DNA of 64,000 nt from an uncultured Nitrososphaerota archaeon (GTDB lineage: Archaea > Thermoproteota > Nitrososphaeria > Nitrososphaerales > Gagatemarchaeaceae), in contig CAWISW010000002.1 of NCBI GenBank assembly GCA_963838925.1, forward strand, positions 160,001 to 224,000, read 5' to 3'. The first letter of the stretch is position 1, and each line of letters begins with the position of its first letter. A program made the position numbers and the translations under genes. The notes beneath the pieces were generated by a model that was not told the origin of the DNA, ran no database searches, and saw nothing but the letters and a program-made list of their open reading frames with translations. Shown piece by piece: positions 36,860-47,349 of this stretch.

Positions 36860-37969
36860 GTGAGCAGCACTTCCACTCGTGACTTCTACGACGTCCTAGG
36901 AGTCAAGAAGGATGCCAGCAAGGACGACATCAAGGCCGCCTACCGCAGGATGGCCCTCCAGTTCCACCCTGACAGGAACAAGTCGCCCGAGGCAGAGGAG
37001 AAGTTCAAGGAGATCTCGGAGGCGTACGCGGTACTCTCCGACGACGACAAGCGCAAGCAGTACGATGCCTACGGCAGAGAGGGGGTGTACCAGAAGTACG
37101 GCGAGGAGAACATCTACCAGGGAGCCGACTTCCAGGACGTCTTCAGGGACATGGGATTCGGCTACGGAGGTGGCTTCGAGGACATACTGGGCGCCTTCTT
37201 CGGCACTGCGGGTGGGAGAGGCGGGGGGAGGCCGAGGCGCGGCGGCGACCTGACCCTGCACCTTCAGCTCGGCCTGGAGGAGGTCGTCAACGACATCACG
37301 AAGGAGATAGAGATACCAAGGACGGAGCTCTGCAACATCTGCAGAGGGAGCGGGGCATCCCCCGGGACGACGCCCAGGCGTTGCGCGCAGTGCGGGGGGA
37401 CGGGCCAGCTCCAGCGGGTGCAGCAGACGGGCCCTCTCAGGTTCATCCGCGTCGAGGATTGCGGCAAGTGCCGAGGGACGGGCAGCATCATCGACTCGCC
37501 CTGCAAAGAGTGCAAGGGGAGCGGACACGTGAGGAGGCAGCGCAAGATCCGGATACAGATCCCAGCGGGCGTCGACGACGGGCACACCCTCCGGCTTAGG
37601 GGCGAGGGAGAGGCCGGGGTGGCAGGCACTCCGCCCGGAGACCTCTACGTCGTCGTGAACATCCCGGAGCACCCCGTCTTCAAGAGGCGAGACAGCGACG
37701 TGTACGTCGAGGCTCGCGTGAACGCCGTCGATGCGATGCTGGGCACGGACCTCAGGGTCCCGACGCTCTACGGGGACACGATGCTCGACATCCCCTCCGG
37801 AACGCAGCCGGGGACGCAGTTCAAGATCAAGGGCAAGGGGCTCCCCAGGCTGAACTCCTACGGGAAGGGCGACGAGTACGCGGTGGTGAGGGTGGACATC
37901 CCGAAGAACCTCAGCGGGAAGCAAAAGGACCTCCTGAAGCTACTCCAGCGTGAAGGCAAAGTCCAGTAG
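36860..37969 (+). CDS. dnaJ: Chaperone DnaJ
   Basis: HPD J-domain, four CxxCxGxG repeats. Confidence 0.99.
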   Translation: MSSTSTRDFYDVLGVKKDASKDDIKAAYRRMALQFHPDRNKSPEAEEKFKEISEAYAVLSDDDKRKQYDAYGREGVYQKYGEENIYQGADFQDVFRDMGFGYGGGFEDILGAFFGTAGGRGGGRPRRGGDLTLHLQLGLEEVVNDITKEIEIPRTELCNICRGSGASPGTTPRRCAQCGGTGQLQRVQQTGPLRFIRVEDCGKCRGTGSIIDSPCKECKGSGHVRRQRKIRIQIPAGVDDGHTLRLRGEGEAGVAGTPPGDLYVVVNIPEHPVFKRRDSDVYVEARVNAVDAMLGTDLRVPTLYGDTMLDIPSGTQPGTQFKIKGKGLPRLNSYGKGDEYAVVRVDIPKNLSGKQKDLLKLLQREGKVQ

Positions 37970-37997
37970 ACGGGGCGGGAGCCTTAACCTCGCTAGC

Positions 37998-38300
37998 TCA
38001 GAACTTGTAGATCATCAGGAACGGCACGCCCTCGATCTCCCTCACGGCGTGAGGCGAGCCCAGCCTGTTGGAGAGCGCGATGTTTACCGCCCTCTCCCCA
38101 GCCAAGCTGACCATCGCAGACTCCTTGATGAGCTTGAGCGCCTCATCCTCCTCTACCAGCTCTCCTGCGAAGAAGTCCTTCGAGATGTGCATCTTGAGCT
38201 TCCCCTCCACCAGAGTCCGGCCGATCAGCTCGGCGTCGCAGACGTTCACTAGGCTCGAGTTCTTCCAGGCGATGCTACGCAGCGAGAGGGTAGCCACCAA
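37998..38300 (-). CDS. DUF424 family protein
   Basis: VNVCDAELIG, ISKDFFAG, IEGVP; usual neighbour of aIF-2beta; start set to TTG 38300. Confidence 0.9.
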   Translation of the reverse strand: MVATLSLRSIAWKNSSLVNVCDAELIGRTLVEGKLKMHISKDFFAGELVEEDEALKLIKESAMVSLAGERAVNIALSNRLGSPHAVREIEGVPFLMIYKF

Positions 38301-38305
38301 CCGAG

Positions 38306-38722
38306 TCAGTTCACCCTGGCGCTGGAGCGCGCACCGCACGCCTCGCAGACCCTGAAGTGCAGCCTGCTCTCCGTTACAATGTGGGTGTCGGGGCTCCCGC
38401 AGACCGGGCAGGTGACGTTGTCCTGCATGTACCGCTGGAAGAGCTGCACGAAGGACTGCTTGTCCTTCCTGCCGATGAATATCGCCCTATCGGCATCAAG
38501 AGACGCGGCGGTCGCGAGCTCCTTCGCCAGATACATGAGGAGCCTGTCGGGGTCCCTCCTCATCAGCTTAGGGTACTCGGCGTAGTTGCGGAGGATCGTC
38601 TTGTTCCCGACCCAGATGACCTGTGGCTCCGGGATCTCAAGCCTGTTCTGTGTGGACTTGTGGGCGGTCTTCTCGAGCGTTGACTGGGCCCTCGCGAGAA
38701 GGTCGTCGTATTGCCTGGTCAT
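38306..38722 (-). CDS. eif2b: Translation initiation factor 2 subunit beta
   Basis: YDDLLARA, GNKTILRN, KELAT, CPVCGSPDT...CEACGA. Confidence 0.97.
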   Translation of the reverse strand: MTRQYDDLLARAQSTLEKTAHKSTQNRLEIPEPQVIWVGNKTILRNYAEYPKLMRRDPDRLLMYLAKELATAASLDADRAIFIGRKDKQSFVQLFQRYMQDNVTCPVCGSPDTHIVTESRLHFRVCEACGARSSARVN

Positions 38723-38821
38723 GTCGCCTGCCTGAGCGATTTCGACCCGCCGAGGTATTTCAACTCTCCTCTTCGATTCCTCGCTTCAAAGATTTTAAGC
38801 CAAACCGCGGGCGGGTCTAAC

Positions 38822-39631
38822 GTGAGTACAAAGTCCTCGAGCATCGGCGTCATAGGCGGCTCCGGATTCTACAAGTTCCTCCAGACGAAGGAGGCGTCCA
38901 AGCTGGACACCCCTTACGGGAGCCCCAGCGCGAGCGTCAAGATCTCGGACGTGAAGGGTAAGCGCGTGTCCTTCATCCCCAGGCACGGAGAGCGCCACGA
39001 GTTCCCTCCTCACGTCGTCCCCTACAGGGCGAACATCTACGCGCTGAAGCAGCTCGGCGCCCAGAGGGTGTTCGGGCCGACCGCCGTCGGAAGCCTGAAG
39101 GCGAACATCAGGCCCGGCGATTTCGTGATATCAGACCAGTTCGTGAACTTCACGAACGGTCGCAAGGACACCTACTTCGACGGCCCAGAGACCGCCCACG
39201 TGGGCTCGGCAGACCCCTACTGCCCCGAGCTCCGCGAGGTCGTCTTGGAAGCCTCGAAGGGCATGGGGATCAGGGTGCACAAGAAAGGGACGGTGGTGGT
39301 CATCCAGGGCCCCAGGTTCTCGTCGAGGGCTGAGAGCAAGTTCTTCCGCTCCCAAGGCTGGGACATCATCAACATGACCCAGTACCCCGAGGCCATCCTG
39401 GCGCGCGAGATGGAGATGTGCTACGTGAACATCTCGCTGGTCACCGACTACGACGTGGGGCTCGAGGGCGACCCGAAGGTCAAGCCGGTAAGCAACGACG
39501 AGGTGATGCGCGTCTTCAACGAGAACCTCGGAAAGCTGAGGTCGCTGCTCCTCAAGGCCATCGAGCTCACGCCCTCCAAGCGCTCGTGCTCCTGCGGCAC
39601 CGCGATGCGCAACGCGAGGATAAGCGCTTGA
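38822..39631 (+). CDS. mtnP: S-methyl-5'-thioadenosine phosphorylase
   Basis: IGGSG, TPYG, PRHG, GPRFSSRAES, NMT, VTDYD; start GTG 38822. Confidence 0.95.
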   Translation: MSTKSSSIGVIGGSGFYKFLQTKEASKLDTPYGSPSASVKISDVKGKRVSFIPRHGERHEFPPHVVPYRANIYALKQLGAQRVFGPTAVGSLKANIRPGDFVISDQFVNFTNGRKDTYFDGPETAHVGSADPYCPELREVVLEASKGMGIRVHKKGTVVVIQGPRFSSRAESKFFRSQGWDIINMTQYPEAILAREMEMCYVNISLVTDYDVGLEGDPKVKPVSNDEVMRVFNENLGKLRSLLLKAIELTPSKRSCSCGTAMRNARISA

Positions 39632-40188
39632 CGAAGCCTGCCGGCCGCGCCAGCGCGGAGAAGGAGTTCAAGGCCGCCATCAGACGAATCCCGAACTTCC
39701 CCAAGAAGGGGATCGTCTTCAGGGACATCACGACCCTCTGGAAGGACGGACGTCTCCTGAGGAAGTGCACCGACGTGCTCTACGACCACTACAAGAGCCA
39801 GAAGATCGACGCCGTCATGGGGATAGAGGCGAGGGGGTTCGTGGTGGGGGCGCCGCTCGCAGAGCGGCTCGGAGTCGGCTTCATCCCTCTGCGGAAGCTG
39901 GGCAAGCTCCCCGGCGCGAAGATATCCGAGAGCTACGACCTCGAGTACGGGACCGCGACCTTGGAGATGCACAGCGACGCCGTCCGGAAGGGAGAGCGGA
40001 TCCTGATCGTGGACGACCTGGTAGCAACCGGGGGCACGGCGCTCGCAGCCGCGAAGCTCGTCGAGGTTGTGAGGGGTGTGGTCGTGGGCTTCGCTTTCGT
40101 TGTCGAGCTCTCGTTCCTTCCTGGCCGGGAGGCCTTGAAGGGATACGACGTCTACTCCATCGTAAAGTACTCGTCTGAAGAAGAGTGA
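39628..40188 (+). CDS. apt: Adenine phosphoribosyltransferase
   Basis: PNFPKKGIVFRDIT, EARGF, RKLGKLP, VDDLVATGGT; TTGA overlap with MTAP stop. Confidence 0.97.
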   Translation: MTKPAGRASAEKEFKAAIRRIPNFPKKGIVFRDITTLWKDGRLLRKCTDVLYDHYKSQKIDAVMGIEARGFVVGAPLAERLGVGFIPLRKLGKLPGAKISESYDLEYGTATLEMHSDAVRKGERILIVDDLVATGGTALAAAKLVEVVRGVVVGFAFVVELSFLPGREALKGYDVYSIVKYSSEEE

Positions 40189-40252
40189 GCGGGCCGCTCG
40201 ATGCGACAACACTGAATTTAATAATCCAACCCCGAACGGAGGCCCGAATCTC

Positions 40253-41488
40253 ATGGGGAAGATAGCCAATCCTGACCTCGCCAAGGAGGGCGAGAAGAAT
40301 TTTCTCTGGGCCAAGGGCCACATGACCGCGCTGTCCAGCATCGCGTCGAAGTACGCCAAGGCCAAGCCCCTCGAGGGCGTCACGGTCGGCGTGTGCCTGC
40401 ACGTGACGAAGGAGACCTCCGTCCTAGTCGACTCGCTGCTCCTCGCGGGGGCAGAGGTGAAGCTCGCGGACGCCAACCCTCTCTCCACGCAGGACGACAT
40501 CGCGGCCTACCTCGCCACCCGCGCGGAGGTGTGGGCGTGGCGAGGCCAGTCCGGGAAGGAGTACGACTGGTGCATCGACCAGGTGCTGACAAGGAAGCCC
40601 GACGTGATAATCGACGACGGCGCGGACCTCCACGTCGCAGCCAACCTGAAGCACGTGAAGTCGGTCGTGGGCGGCTGCGAGGAGACGACGACCGGAGTTG
40701 TGAGGGTGAAGGCCCTCGAGAAGGACGGGAAGCTGGGCTATCCAATAATAGCGATCAACAACGCGAAGACGAAGTTCCTCTTCGACAACCGCTTCGGCAC
40801 GGGGCAGAGCACCTTCGACGGCATACTGAGGGCGACCTCCCTGCTGATCGCCGGGAAGAAGGTCGTCGTGGTGGGCTACGGGTGGGTCGGAAAGGGCGTC
40901 GCCAAGAGGGCCAGGGGGCTCGACGCCAACGTCACGGTGGTGGAGGTAGACCCCATCAAGGCGCTCGAGGCGTACCTCGACGGGTTCCTCGTGACCAACA
41001 TCGCGGAAGCCGCCCGCTACGGAGAGATCTTCATCACCTGCACGGGGCAGAAGCACGTCATCTCGCACTCGGCGGTCAAGTCGATGAGGGACGGGGCCAT
41101 CCTCTCGAACGCCGGGCACTTCGACGTGGAGATCGACGTAAAGTCGATCATGGACGAGGCGAAGTCGGTGAAGCAGGTGCGGCCGAACACCGACGAGATA
41201 CTCCTCCCAGGCGGGAAGAGGATCTACCTCCTCGGCAAGGGCCGCATAGTGAACCTCGTAGCAGCAGAGGGCCATCCCCCCGAGGTGATGCAGATGTCCT
41301 TCGCGAACCAGTTCATGTCGGCGCTCTACGTCTACAAGAACCACGCGAAGCTGAAGAACAAGGTACTCGACGTGCCGCTCGCGATAGAGGAGGAGGTGGC
41401 CATGTCGACCCTGCACTCTCTCGGCATCACGATTGACAGGGCGACGAAGGAGCAGCTGAAGTACGCCGAGAGCTGGGCGCTTGAGTAG
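40253..41488 (+). CDS. ahcY: Adenosylhomocysteinase
   Basis: NPLSTQD, DDGADL, EETTTG, FDNRFGTGQS, GYGWVGKG, EGHP. Confidence 0.97.
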   Translation: MGKIANPDLAKEGEKNFLWAKGHMTALSSIASKYAKAKPLEGVTVGVCLHVTKETSVLVDSLLLAGAEVKLADANPLSTQDDIAAYLATRAEVWAWRGQSGKEYDWCIDQVLTRKPDVIIDDGADLHVAANLKHVKSVVGGCEETTTGVVRVKALEKDGKLGYPIIAINNAKTKFLFDNRFGTGQSTFDGILRATSLLIAGKKVVVVGYGWVGKGVAKRARGLDANVTVVEVDPIKALEAYLDGFLVTNIAEAARYGEIFITCTGQKHVISHSAVKSMRDGAILSNAGHFDVEIDVKSIMDEAKSVKQVRPNTDEILLPGGKRIYLLGKGRIVNLVAAEGHPPEVMQMSFANQFMSALYVYKNHAKLKNKVLDVPLAIEEEVAMSTLHSLGITIDRATKEQLKYAESWALE

Positions 41489-43241
41489 CAGGACCAAGTC
41501 GAAGCCACCAGAAGCGCGCAAAGGGGGAGAAGACGGGCCCTCGCTGAAGAAGAGGAGGGTGCTCGTGTGCTGCGCGCTCCCGTACACCAACGCAGTACCT
41601 CACGTGGGAAACATCGTGGGGTCCCACCTGCCCGCCGACATCTTCGCGCGGTACTGCAGGCTGAAGGGGTACGAGACGCTCCTCGTCGGGGGGGCCGACG
41701 AGAACGGGACCCCGACCGAGGTGGCCGCCATCGAGCTGAAGGTGACCCCGAAGCGGCTGACCGACGTGTTCTACAAGGTACACAAGTCGATCTACGACTG
41801 GTTCGAGATCTCCTACGACAACTTCTCGAGGACTTCGCTCCCGGTCCACCACAAGACCACCCAGGACCTCTTCCTGAAGATCTACGAGAAGGGCTACGTC
41901 ACCAAGGGGGTCATGCGGCTCCCCTACTGCGAGACGGACAAGCTCTTCCTGGCCGACAGGTACGTCGTCGGCAAGTGCCCGGTCTGCGGTTACGAGTTCG
42001 CCAGGGGAGACCAGTGCGAGAACTGCGCGACCCTCCTGGAGCCCGAGCAGCTGATCGACCCGAGGTGCAAGATAGACGGGAGCGTCCCGGTCTTCAAGGA
42101 CAGCGACAACCTATTCCTCGAGCTGGAGAAGCTCCAGCCCGACCTCGAGGCCTGGATAACCAGCCAGACGCACTGGAGGAAGCAGGTCTCGTCCCTCGCC
42201 CTGGCGTGGATCAAGGAGGGCCTGAGGAGGCGCAGCATCACGCGCGACCTCAAGTGGGGCGTCCCGGTCCCGCTCAAGGGCTTCGAGGACAAGATCTTCT
42301 ACGTCTGGTTCGACGCCCCCATAGGCTACATCTCCTCGACGAAGGAGTGGGCGGAGAGGTCGGGCGACCCGAGGAGGTGGGAGGACTACTGGCTCGACCC
42401 AGAGACGAGGATCTACAACTTCCTGGGCAAGGACAACATCCCGTTTCACACGATATTCTGGCCAGGCATGCTCATGGCGAACGGGGGCCTCAACCTGCCT
42501 TACGACGTGGTCGGCCTCCAGTACTGCAACTACGAGGGGGACAAGATATCAAAGTCGAGGAACTGGGGGATCTTCTGCGAGAAGGTCGTCCAGAGCGGCC
42601 TCGACCCCGACATCTGGCGTTACTACCTGTCCTACCTCATCCCGGAGACAAAGGACACCGAGTTCAAGTGGGACGACTTCCAGACGAGGGTGAACAACGA
42701 GCTGGTCGCCGCGATAGGGAACTTCGTCCATCGGACCCTGACCTTCGCCTCGAACTTCCTCGGCGGGGTCGTCGAGAAGAAGGAGCTCGGCAACGACGAG
42801 AGGCAGGTGGAGGCGAGGGTGGCGGAGCAGGTCAAGGAGGCGGACCTCGCACTTCAGGACGTAAGGCTCAAGGACGCGCTCAGGAGCGTCCTCCAGATAG
42901 CGATAATCGGGAACGAGTACTTCCAGAAGAACGAGCCCTGGGCGCTCGTCAAGAGCGACCCGGAGGCCTGCAAGCGAGTGATCTACTGCTGCGCGAACAT
43001 CTGCAGGGTGCTCGCCGTTACGATGGCGCCCTTCCTTCCGGGGTCCTCCAAGAGGATCGCCGCCCTCCTCGACATCGAGGGTGCCCTCTCGTGGGAGGGG
43101 GAGCTGGGCTTCTCCCTCGGGACCGTCAAGATGCTCGCGAAACCGGAGATACTCTTCAAGAAGATAGACGACAAGGAGGTCGCGCGCCTAAAGTCCACAG
43201 TGACGAAGAGCTCCGACGCCGCGGAGTTCTTCAAGGCCTGA
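41481..43241 (+). CDS. metG: Methionine--tRNA ligase (no C-terminal tRNA-binding domain)
   Basis: ALPY...HVGN, YVWFDAPIGY, GKDNIPFH, KISKS. Confidence 0.97.
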   Translation: MSSRTKSKPPEARKGGEDGPSLKKRRVLVCCALPYTNAVPHVGNIVGSHLPADIFARYCRLKGYETLLVGGADENGTPTEVAAIELKVTPKRLTDVFYKVHKSIYDWFEISYDNFSRTSLPVHHKTTQDLFLKIYEKGYVTKGVMRLPYCETDKLFLADRYVVGKCPVCGYEFARGDQCENCATLLEPEQLIDPRCKIDGSVPVFKDSDNLFLELEKLQPDLEAWITSQTHWRKQVSSLALAWIKEGLRRRSITRDLKWGVPVPLKGFEDKIFYVWFDAPIGYISSTKEWAERSGDPRRWEDYWLDPETRIYNFLGKDNIPFHTIFWPGMLMANGGLNLPYDVVGLQYCNYEGDKISKSRNWGIFCEKVVQSGLDPDIWRYYLSYLIPETKDTEFKWDDFQTRVNNELVAAIGNFVHRTLTFASNFLGGVVEKKELGNDERQVEARVAEQVKEADLALQDVRLKDALRSVLQIAIIGNEYFQKNEPWALVKSDPEACKRVIYCCANICRVLAVTMAPFLPGSSKRIAALLDIEGALSWEGELGFSLGTVKMLAKPEILFKKIDDKEVARLKSTVTKSSDAAEFFKA

Positions 43242-43250
43242 CCCGGCAGC

Positions 43251-44291
43251 TCACTGGTCGCACGAGTCTATCTTTTCGAGGCCGCCGGCCAGCGCGCACT
43301 CTAGCGAGTCGTCGATGTTGTTCTTGGGGCCGAGTATCGCGTCTATGGGATCGTAGGTGTCGTACTTTGTCTGGATGAACCCTGACGCGAGGACGCTCAC
43401 CTGGAGCTGCGAGCCCGCGCCGCTGCGATAGCTCACCGCGTACTCCACGTCGAGAGACGGGTTCCCGAACATCGAGCCCAGCCTCCTGACCGCGGTGGCG
43501 GTGTCGCCCGCCGACAGGCTAGCGTCTCCCGTCAAGACGACCACCGCGTGGCTGGCGTCCTTCATCTGGGCCTTCTTCCCGATGCCTATGATGGCGCGAG
43601 AGAGCGCCTCCTCCGCCTTGTCCACCGAGCCGGACGAGGCGCTGGTGAGGAACGAGTAGCCGCTCTGCGCGACCGTCCCCAGGACCTTGTTCAGGCCGAC
43701 CGGGATGGAATCTTGGGACTGCTTCGCCAGCAGCGATCCGAGGGCCTTCACGGCCTCCTTGTTCGCCACCTCGTGGAGCTCCTTGAGGGTCGCCTCGCTC
43801 CCGACGTTGAAGAGCGCCCCGTTGTCGACCACCACTACGCCGTTGGAGACCGTCCTGAGCTTCTTGAGGGCCAGCCCCGCGTAGAACCTCAGCCTCTCCT
43901 CGAAGTCGAAGGGCATGACCGCTATCGTGACCGCGTCTGCGCCAGCGTCTCTCGCGAGCTTCGCCATTATCGGCGCCAGCCCCGAGCCCGTCGCGCGGCC
44001 CAGGCCTGCTACCACGAAGACGACCTTCGCGTCCTGCACGAGCCTCTTCATCTCGTCGTAGTGAGGCATTGCGAAGCCCCGCACCATGGAGGGGCTCGGC
44101 TTTTGGACCATAGGGGACTCGATTATCATCTTCTCGCCGTCGCCTGCAGCTTCAAGGTCTGCCGGGTCGCACGTGAGATACGCGAACCGGTTCACGAGCG
44201 TTGTCTCCCTGCTAAGGGCGGACACGATCCTGATTCCTGCGCTTCCTATTCCTAGAGCGACGACTTCAGACGAGGAGATGGGGCCTGACAT
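43251..44291 (-). CDS. ftsZ: Divergent FtsZ-family protein
   Basis: GIGSAG, AGLGRATGSG (variant of GGGTG), MPFDFE, VDN, VSVLASGF; T7 NxDFAD not conserved. Confidence 0.8.
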   Translation of the reverse strand: MSGPISSSEVVALGIGSAGIRIVSALSRETTLVNRFAYLTCDPADLEAAGDGEKMIIESPMVQKPSPSMVRGFAMPHYDEMKRLVQDAKVVFVVAGLGRATGSGLAPIMAKLARDAGADAVTIAVMPFDFEERLRFYAGLALKKLRTVSNGVVVVDNGALFNVGSEATLKELHEVANKEAVKALGSLLAKQSQDSIPVGLNKVLGTVAQSGYSFLTSASSGSVDKAEEALSRAIIGIGKKAQMKDASHAVVVLTGDASLSAGDTATAVRRLGSMFGNPSLDVEYAVSYRSGAGSQLQVSVLASGFIQTKYDTYDPIDAILGPKNNIDDSLECALAGGLEKIDSCDQ

Positions 44292-44402
44292 GGACTTTTG
44301 ACAAGGTCCATTGGCGGATTAGATTAATGAACCCACGAATCAAAAAAGTGGACCATTGGTTCATGAAAGTTCACCAGCGCCATTTCGGCGCGGGATCGAC
44401 GG

Positions 44403-45893
44403 TCACCACTTCACTTTGAGTGTGAGCGGGTGCAAGGCCTTCACCTCGTCGATCCTCCCGACGCTCGTGTTCTTGGGCTCGTCGTCCAGCTCCCCCGCCT
44501 TCAGCCTCACGAACAGGGAGTTCAGCGTCTCGGCGTAGTCGTCGAGGGACTCGATGGTCTCCGTCTCCGTGGGCTCGATCATCAGCGCCTCCTCCACTGT
44601 CAGCGGGAAGTAGACCGTGGGGGAGTGGACCCCGTAGTCTAGGAGCGCCTTCGCGATCTTTCCCGCGCCTCCGTGCCCGCCCTTCACGCTCACTACGGCC
44701 TCGTGCTTCCTCCTTATCCCCCCTCCGACCGGGATGGAGTAGCCCTGCGTGTCCAGCTTCGAGAGGATGTAGTTGGCACCGAGGACCGCGAGGCTCGAGA
44801 CGTTGTCGAGCCCGTCCGCCCCCAGGAGCCTGATGTAGCAGTACGCCCTGAGGAGTATCGCCGAGTTCGCGTAGAAGCCCTTGAGCCTGCCGATGGTCTT
44901 CGGGCGCTCGTAGTCGAGCCTGTACTCCTCTCCCGACTTCTCGACGAGAGGGACAGGCAAGTAGTCCTGGAGCTCCCCCGAGGCGCCGACCGGCCCCGCG
45001 CCCGGACCGCCGCCTCCGTGGGGCGTCGCGAACGTCTTGTGGAGGTTGAGGTGGACCACGTCGAAGCCCATGTCCCCGGGCCTGGCCTTCCCCAGGAGCG
45101 CGTTCATGTTGGCGCCGTCGTAATACATCAGCCCTCCAGCATCGTGGACCGCCTTTGAAATCTCGCTCACGTCGGGCTCGAAGAGCCCGAGCGTGTTGGG
45201 GACGGTCAGCATCATCCCGGCCGTCCGCGAGGTTAGCTTCGCCTTCACGGACTCGATTGTGACCTGTCCGCTCTCGTTGGAGGGGACCTTGACCACCTCG
45301 AATCCCGCCATCGCGGCGCTCGCCGGGTTGGTGCCGTGCGCGGAGTCGGGGACGAGGATTTCTGTCCTGTCGCCCCTCCCCTTGTCCTTCAGGTACTTCC
45401 TGATCATGAGGACGCCGGCGAACTCGCCCTGGGCGCCCGCCGCAGTGCTGAGAGCGAACCTCTTCATGCCGGAGATCTCGCAGAGCATGTCCGAGAGCTC
45501 GTAGAAGACCTGCAGGAGGCCTTGCACCGTCGAGTCGTGCTGAAGGGGGTGCGCTTCCCTCATCTTCGGGGAGGACGCTATCGCCTCAGAGACTTTCGGG
45601 TTGTACTTCATCGTGCAGCTCCCGAGGGGGTACATCCCCGTCTCTACGGAGAAGTTCATCTGCGAGAGCCGGTTGAAGTGCCTGAGCACCTGGAGCTCCG
45701 AGAGCTCGGGGAGCGCGGTGTCGCCCCTCCTGAGCGCTGCGGGGACGAGAGGCTTCCCCTTCGCCCAGTCCATTATCTCGGGGTCCTCGGGGACGATGAA
45801 CCCGAGCCTCCCCTTCCTCCCGATCTCCGAGAGCAGCGGCTCGTCCCAGAAGGCCTGGCGGTACCTCCGCTTCGGCTTCGTCGCGTCTTCCAT
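44403..45893 (-). CDS. gcvPB: Glycine dehydrogenase (decarboxylating) subunit 2
   Basis: YPLGSCTMKYNP, AHGTNPAS, HLNLHKTF.TPHGGGGPG. Confidence 0.97.
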   Translation of the reverse strand: MEDATKPKRRYRQAFWDEPLLSEIGRKGRLGFIVPEDPEIMDWAKGKPLVPAALRRGDTALPELSELQVLRHFNRLSQMNFSVETGMYPLGSCTMKYNPKVSEAIASSPKMREAHPLQHDSTVQGLLQVFYELSDMLCEISGMKRFALSTAAGAQGEFAGVLMIRKYLKDKGRGDRTEILVPDSAHGTNPASAAMAGFEVVKVPSNESGQVTIESVKAKLTSRTAGMMLTVPNTLGLFEPDVSEISKAVHDAGGLMYYDGANMNALLGKARPGDMGFDVVHLNLHKTFATPHGGGGPGAGPVGASGELQDYLPVPLVEKSGEEYRLDYERPKTIGRLKGFYANSAILLRAYCYIRLLGADGLDNVSSLAVLGANYILSKLDTQGYSIPVGGGIRRKHEAVVSVKGGHGGAGKIAKALLDYGVHSPTVYFPLTVEEALMIEPTETETIESLDDYAETLNSLFVRLKAGELDDEPKNTSVGRIDEVKALHPLTLKVKW

Positions 45894-45896
45894 CTT

Positions 45897-47303
45897 CTAG
45901 ATCATCCCCGCAAGGGCGTCCACAAGGCGCCCGATGTCCTCGTTAGAGTGTACCTCCGTCACGCAGAAGGAGCCGGCCTCTCGTATCTGGGAGTAGTGCT
46001 GGGTGAGAGGGTAGCCGCCCATCACGCCCTTCTTTGCCAGCTCTGAAAAGACCCAGGGAGCCTTGCGCCTCTCGTAGCCCACGGTGAACTCGTTGAAGAA
46101 CGGCCCGCTGAAGAGCGGCGCCTTGACTCCGTGGAGCTTGCCTATCCTCTCCGCAGCGTAGTGCGAGTTGGCAAGGTTGACCTCCCCCAACTTCCTGAAG
46201 CCGTTCTTCCCGAGGAGGGACATGTATGCCGCGCCCGCGAGCGCGAGGAGCGCCTGGTTGGTGCAGATGTTCGAGGTCGCACCCTCCCTTCTGATATGCT
46301 GCTCCCGCGTCTGGAGCACCATGCAGAATGCCTTCTGGCTCCCGTCCTTGGTCGTTGTCATGCCGATGAGCCTCCCGGGCATGCTCCTTGCGAGGCCGAT
46401 GTCCTTGACCGCGAAAATCCCCATGTGAGGTCCACCGAAGTTCATAGGGACGCCGAGAGGCTGCCCCTCGCCCACGACTACGTCCGCGCCATAGCTTCCC
46501 GGGTCGTGGAGCACCGAGAGGGAGATGGGGTTCAACCCGATGACGGCCAGACCCCCCGCTGCGTGCACCGTCTCGATTGCGCCCTGCGCGCCCTCTTCAA
46601 TGACGCCGAAGACGTTGGGGTTCTCCATGTAGAGGGCGGCGACGTCGCCTCCCGCCTGAGAGATGTTTGACTTGAGCGACTCCACATCCAACCCTCCCGT
46701 CTCGGAGTCGAATTCCACCGTCCGGAGTTTGACGCCCATCGGCTCGGCGTACGTCTTGATGACCTCGAGCCTCCCTTCTCCGATGCTCTTCGCGACCAAG
46801 ACCGTCCTCCTCTGCTTCACGCGGGCGGCCATCCTCACGGCCTCGCCGGCGGCAGAGGCCCAGTCGTACATCGAGCTGTTGCAGACCTGCATCCCTAGCA
46901 GGTCGCACATCATGCTCTGGTACTCGAAGAGCGCCTGGAGCATTCCCTGGCTGATCTCTGGCTGGTATGGCGTGTAAGCGGTGTAGAACTCCTGCCTCGA
47001 GAGTATCGAGTCCACGGCCGCGGGAATGTAGTGGGGATAGACGCCCCCACCCAGGAAGCACAGCTGGTCCGGCGGGGTCTTGTTCTTCGATAGCCTCCCG
47101 TGGAGCTCTCTCCTGACCATGGCCTCTCCCTGACCGTCGGGGATCGCGAGCCTCCTCTTGAGGCGCAACCCTTCGGGTATGTCTGAGAACAGGTCCGCGA
47201 TGGAGCCCACCTTAACTTGCTTGAGCATCCTCTCGATAGTCTCATCTTCGAGGTTAGGCAGGAACGGATGCGCTTCTACCATTTCTTGGAGCGACGCATC
47301 CAC
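45897..47303 (-). CDS. gcvPA: Glycine dehydrogenase (decarboxylating) subunit 1
   Basis: YTAYTPYQPEISQG, TREQHIRR.ATSNICTNQ. Confidence 0.97.
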   Translation of the reverse strand: MDASLQEMVEAHPFLPNLEDETIERMLKQVKVGSIADLFSDIPEGLRLKRRLAIPDGQGEAMVRRELHGRLSKNKTPPDQLCFLGGGVYPHYIPAAVDSILSRQEFYTAYTPYQPEISQGMLQALFEYQSMMCDLLGMQVCNSSMYDWASAAGEAVRMAARVKQRRTVLVAKSIGEGRLEVIKTYAEPMGVKLRTVEFDSETGGLDVESLKSNISQAGGDVAALYMENPNVFGVIEEGAQGAIETVHAAGGLAVIGLNPISLSVLHDPGSYGADVVVGEGQPLGVPMNFGGPHMGIFAVKDIGLARSMPGRLIGMTTTKDGSQKAFCMVLQTREQHIRREGATSNICTNQALLALAGAAYMSLLGKNGFRKLGEVNLANSHYAAERIGKLHGVKAPLFSGPFFNEFTVGYERRKAPWVFSELAKKGVMGGYPLTQHYSQIREAGSFCVTEVHSNEDIGRLVDALAGMI

Positions 47304-47349
47304 CCCCGCGAACGGTTAAAATACGTATCAGCGATGGCTATGCAATCCT

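Noticed and set aside
38822-43241. MTAP-apt-ahcY-metG cluster as a novel pathway
   Set aside because: All are known SAM-cycle, salvage or housekeeping genes with intact motifs
41567-43378. Long alternative-frame or antisense ORFs (also 34817-36346, 7735-9021, 40424-41590, 39448-40500)
   Set aside because: They overlap well-supported genes, have biased Arg/Pro/Gly- or Leu/Val-rich composition and are expected shadows in GC-rich DNA
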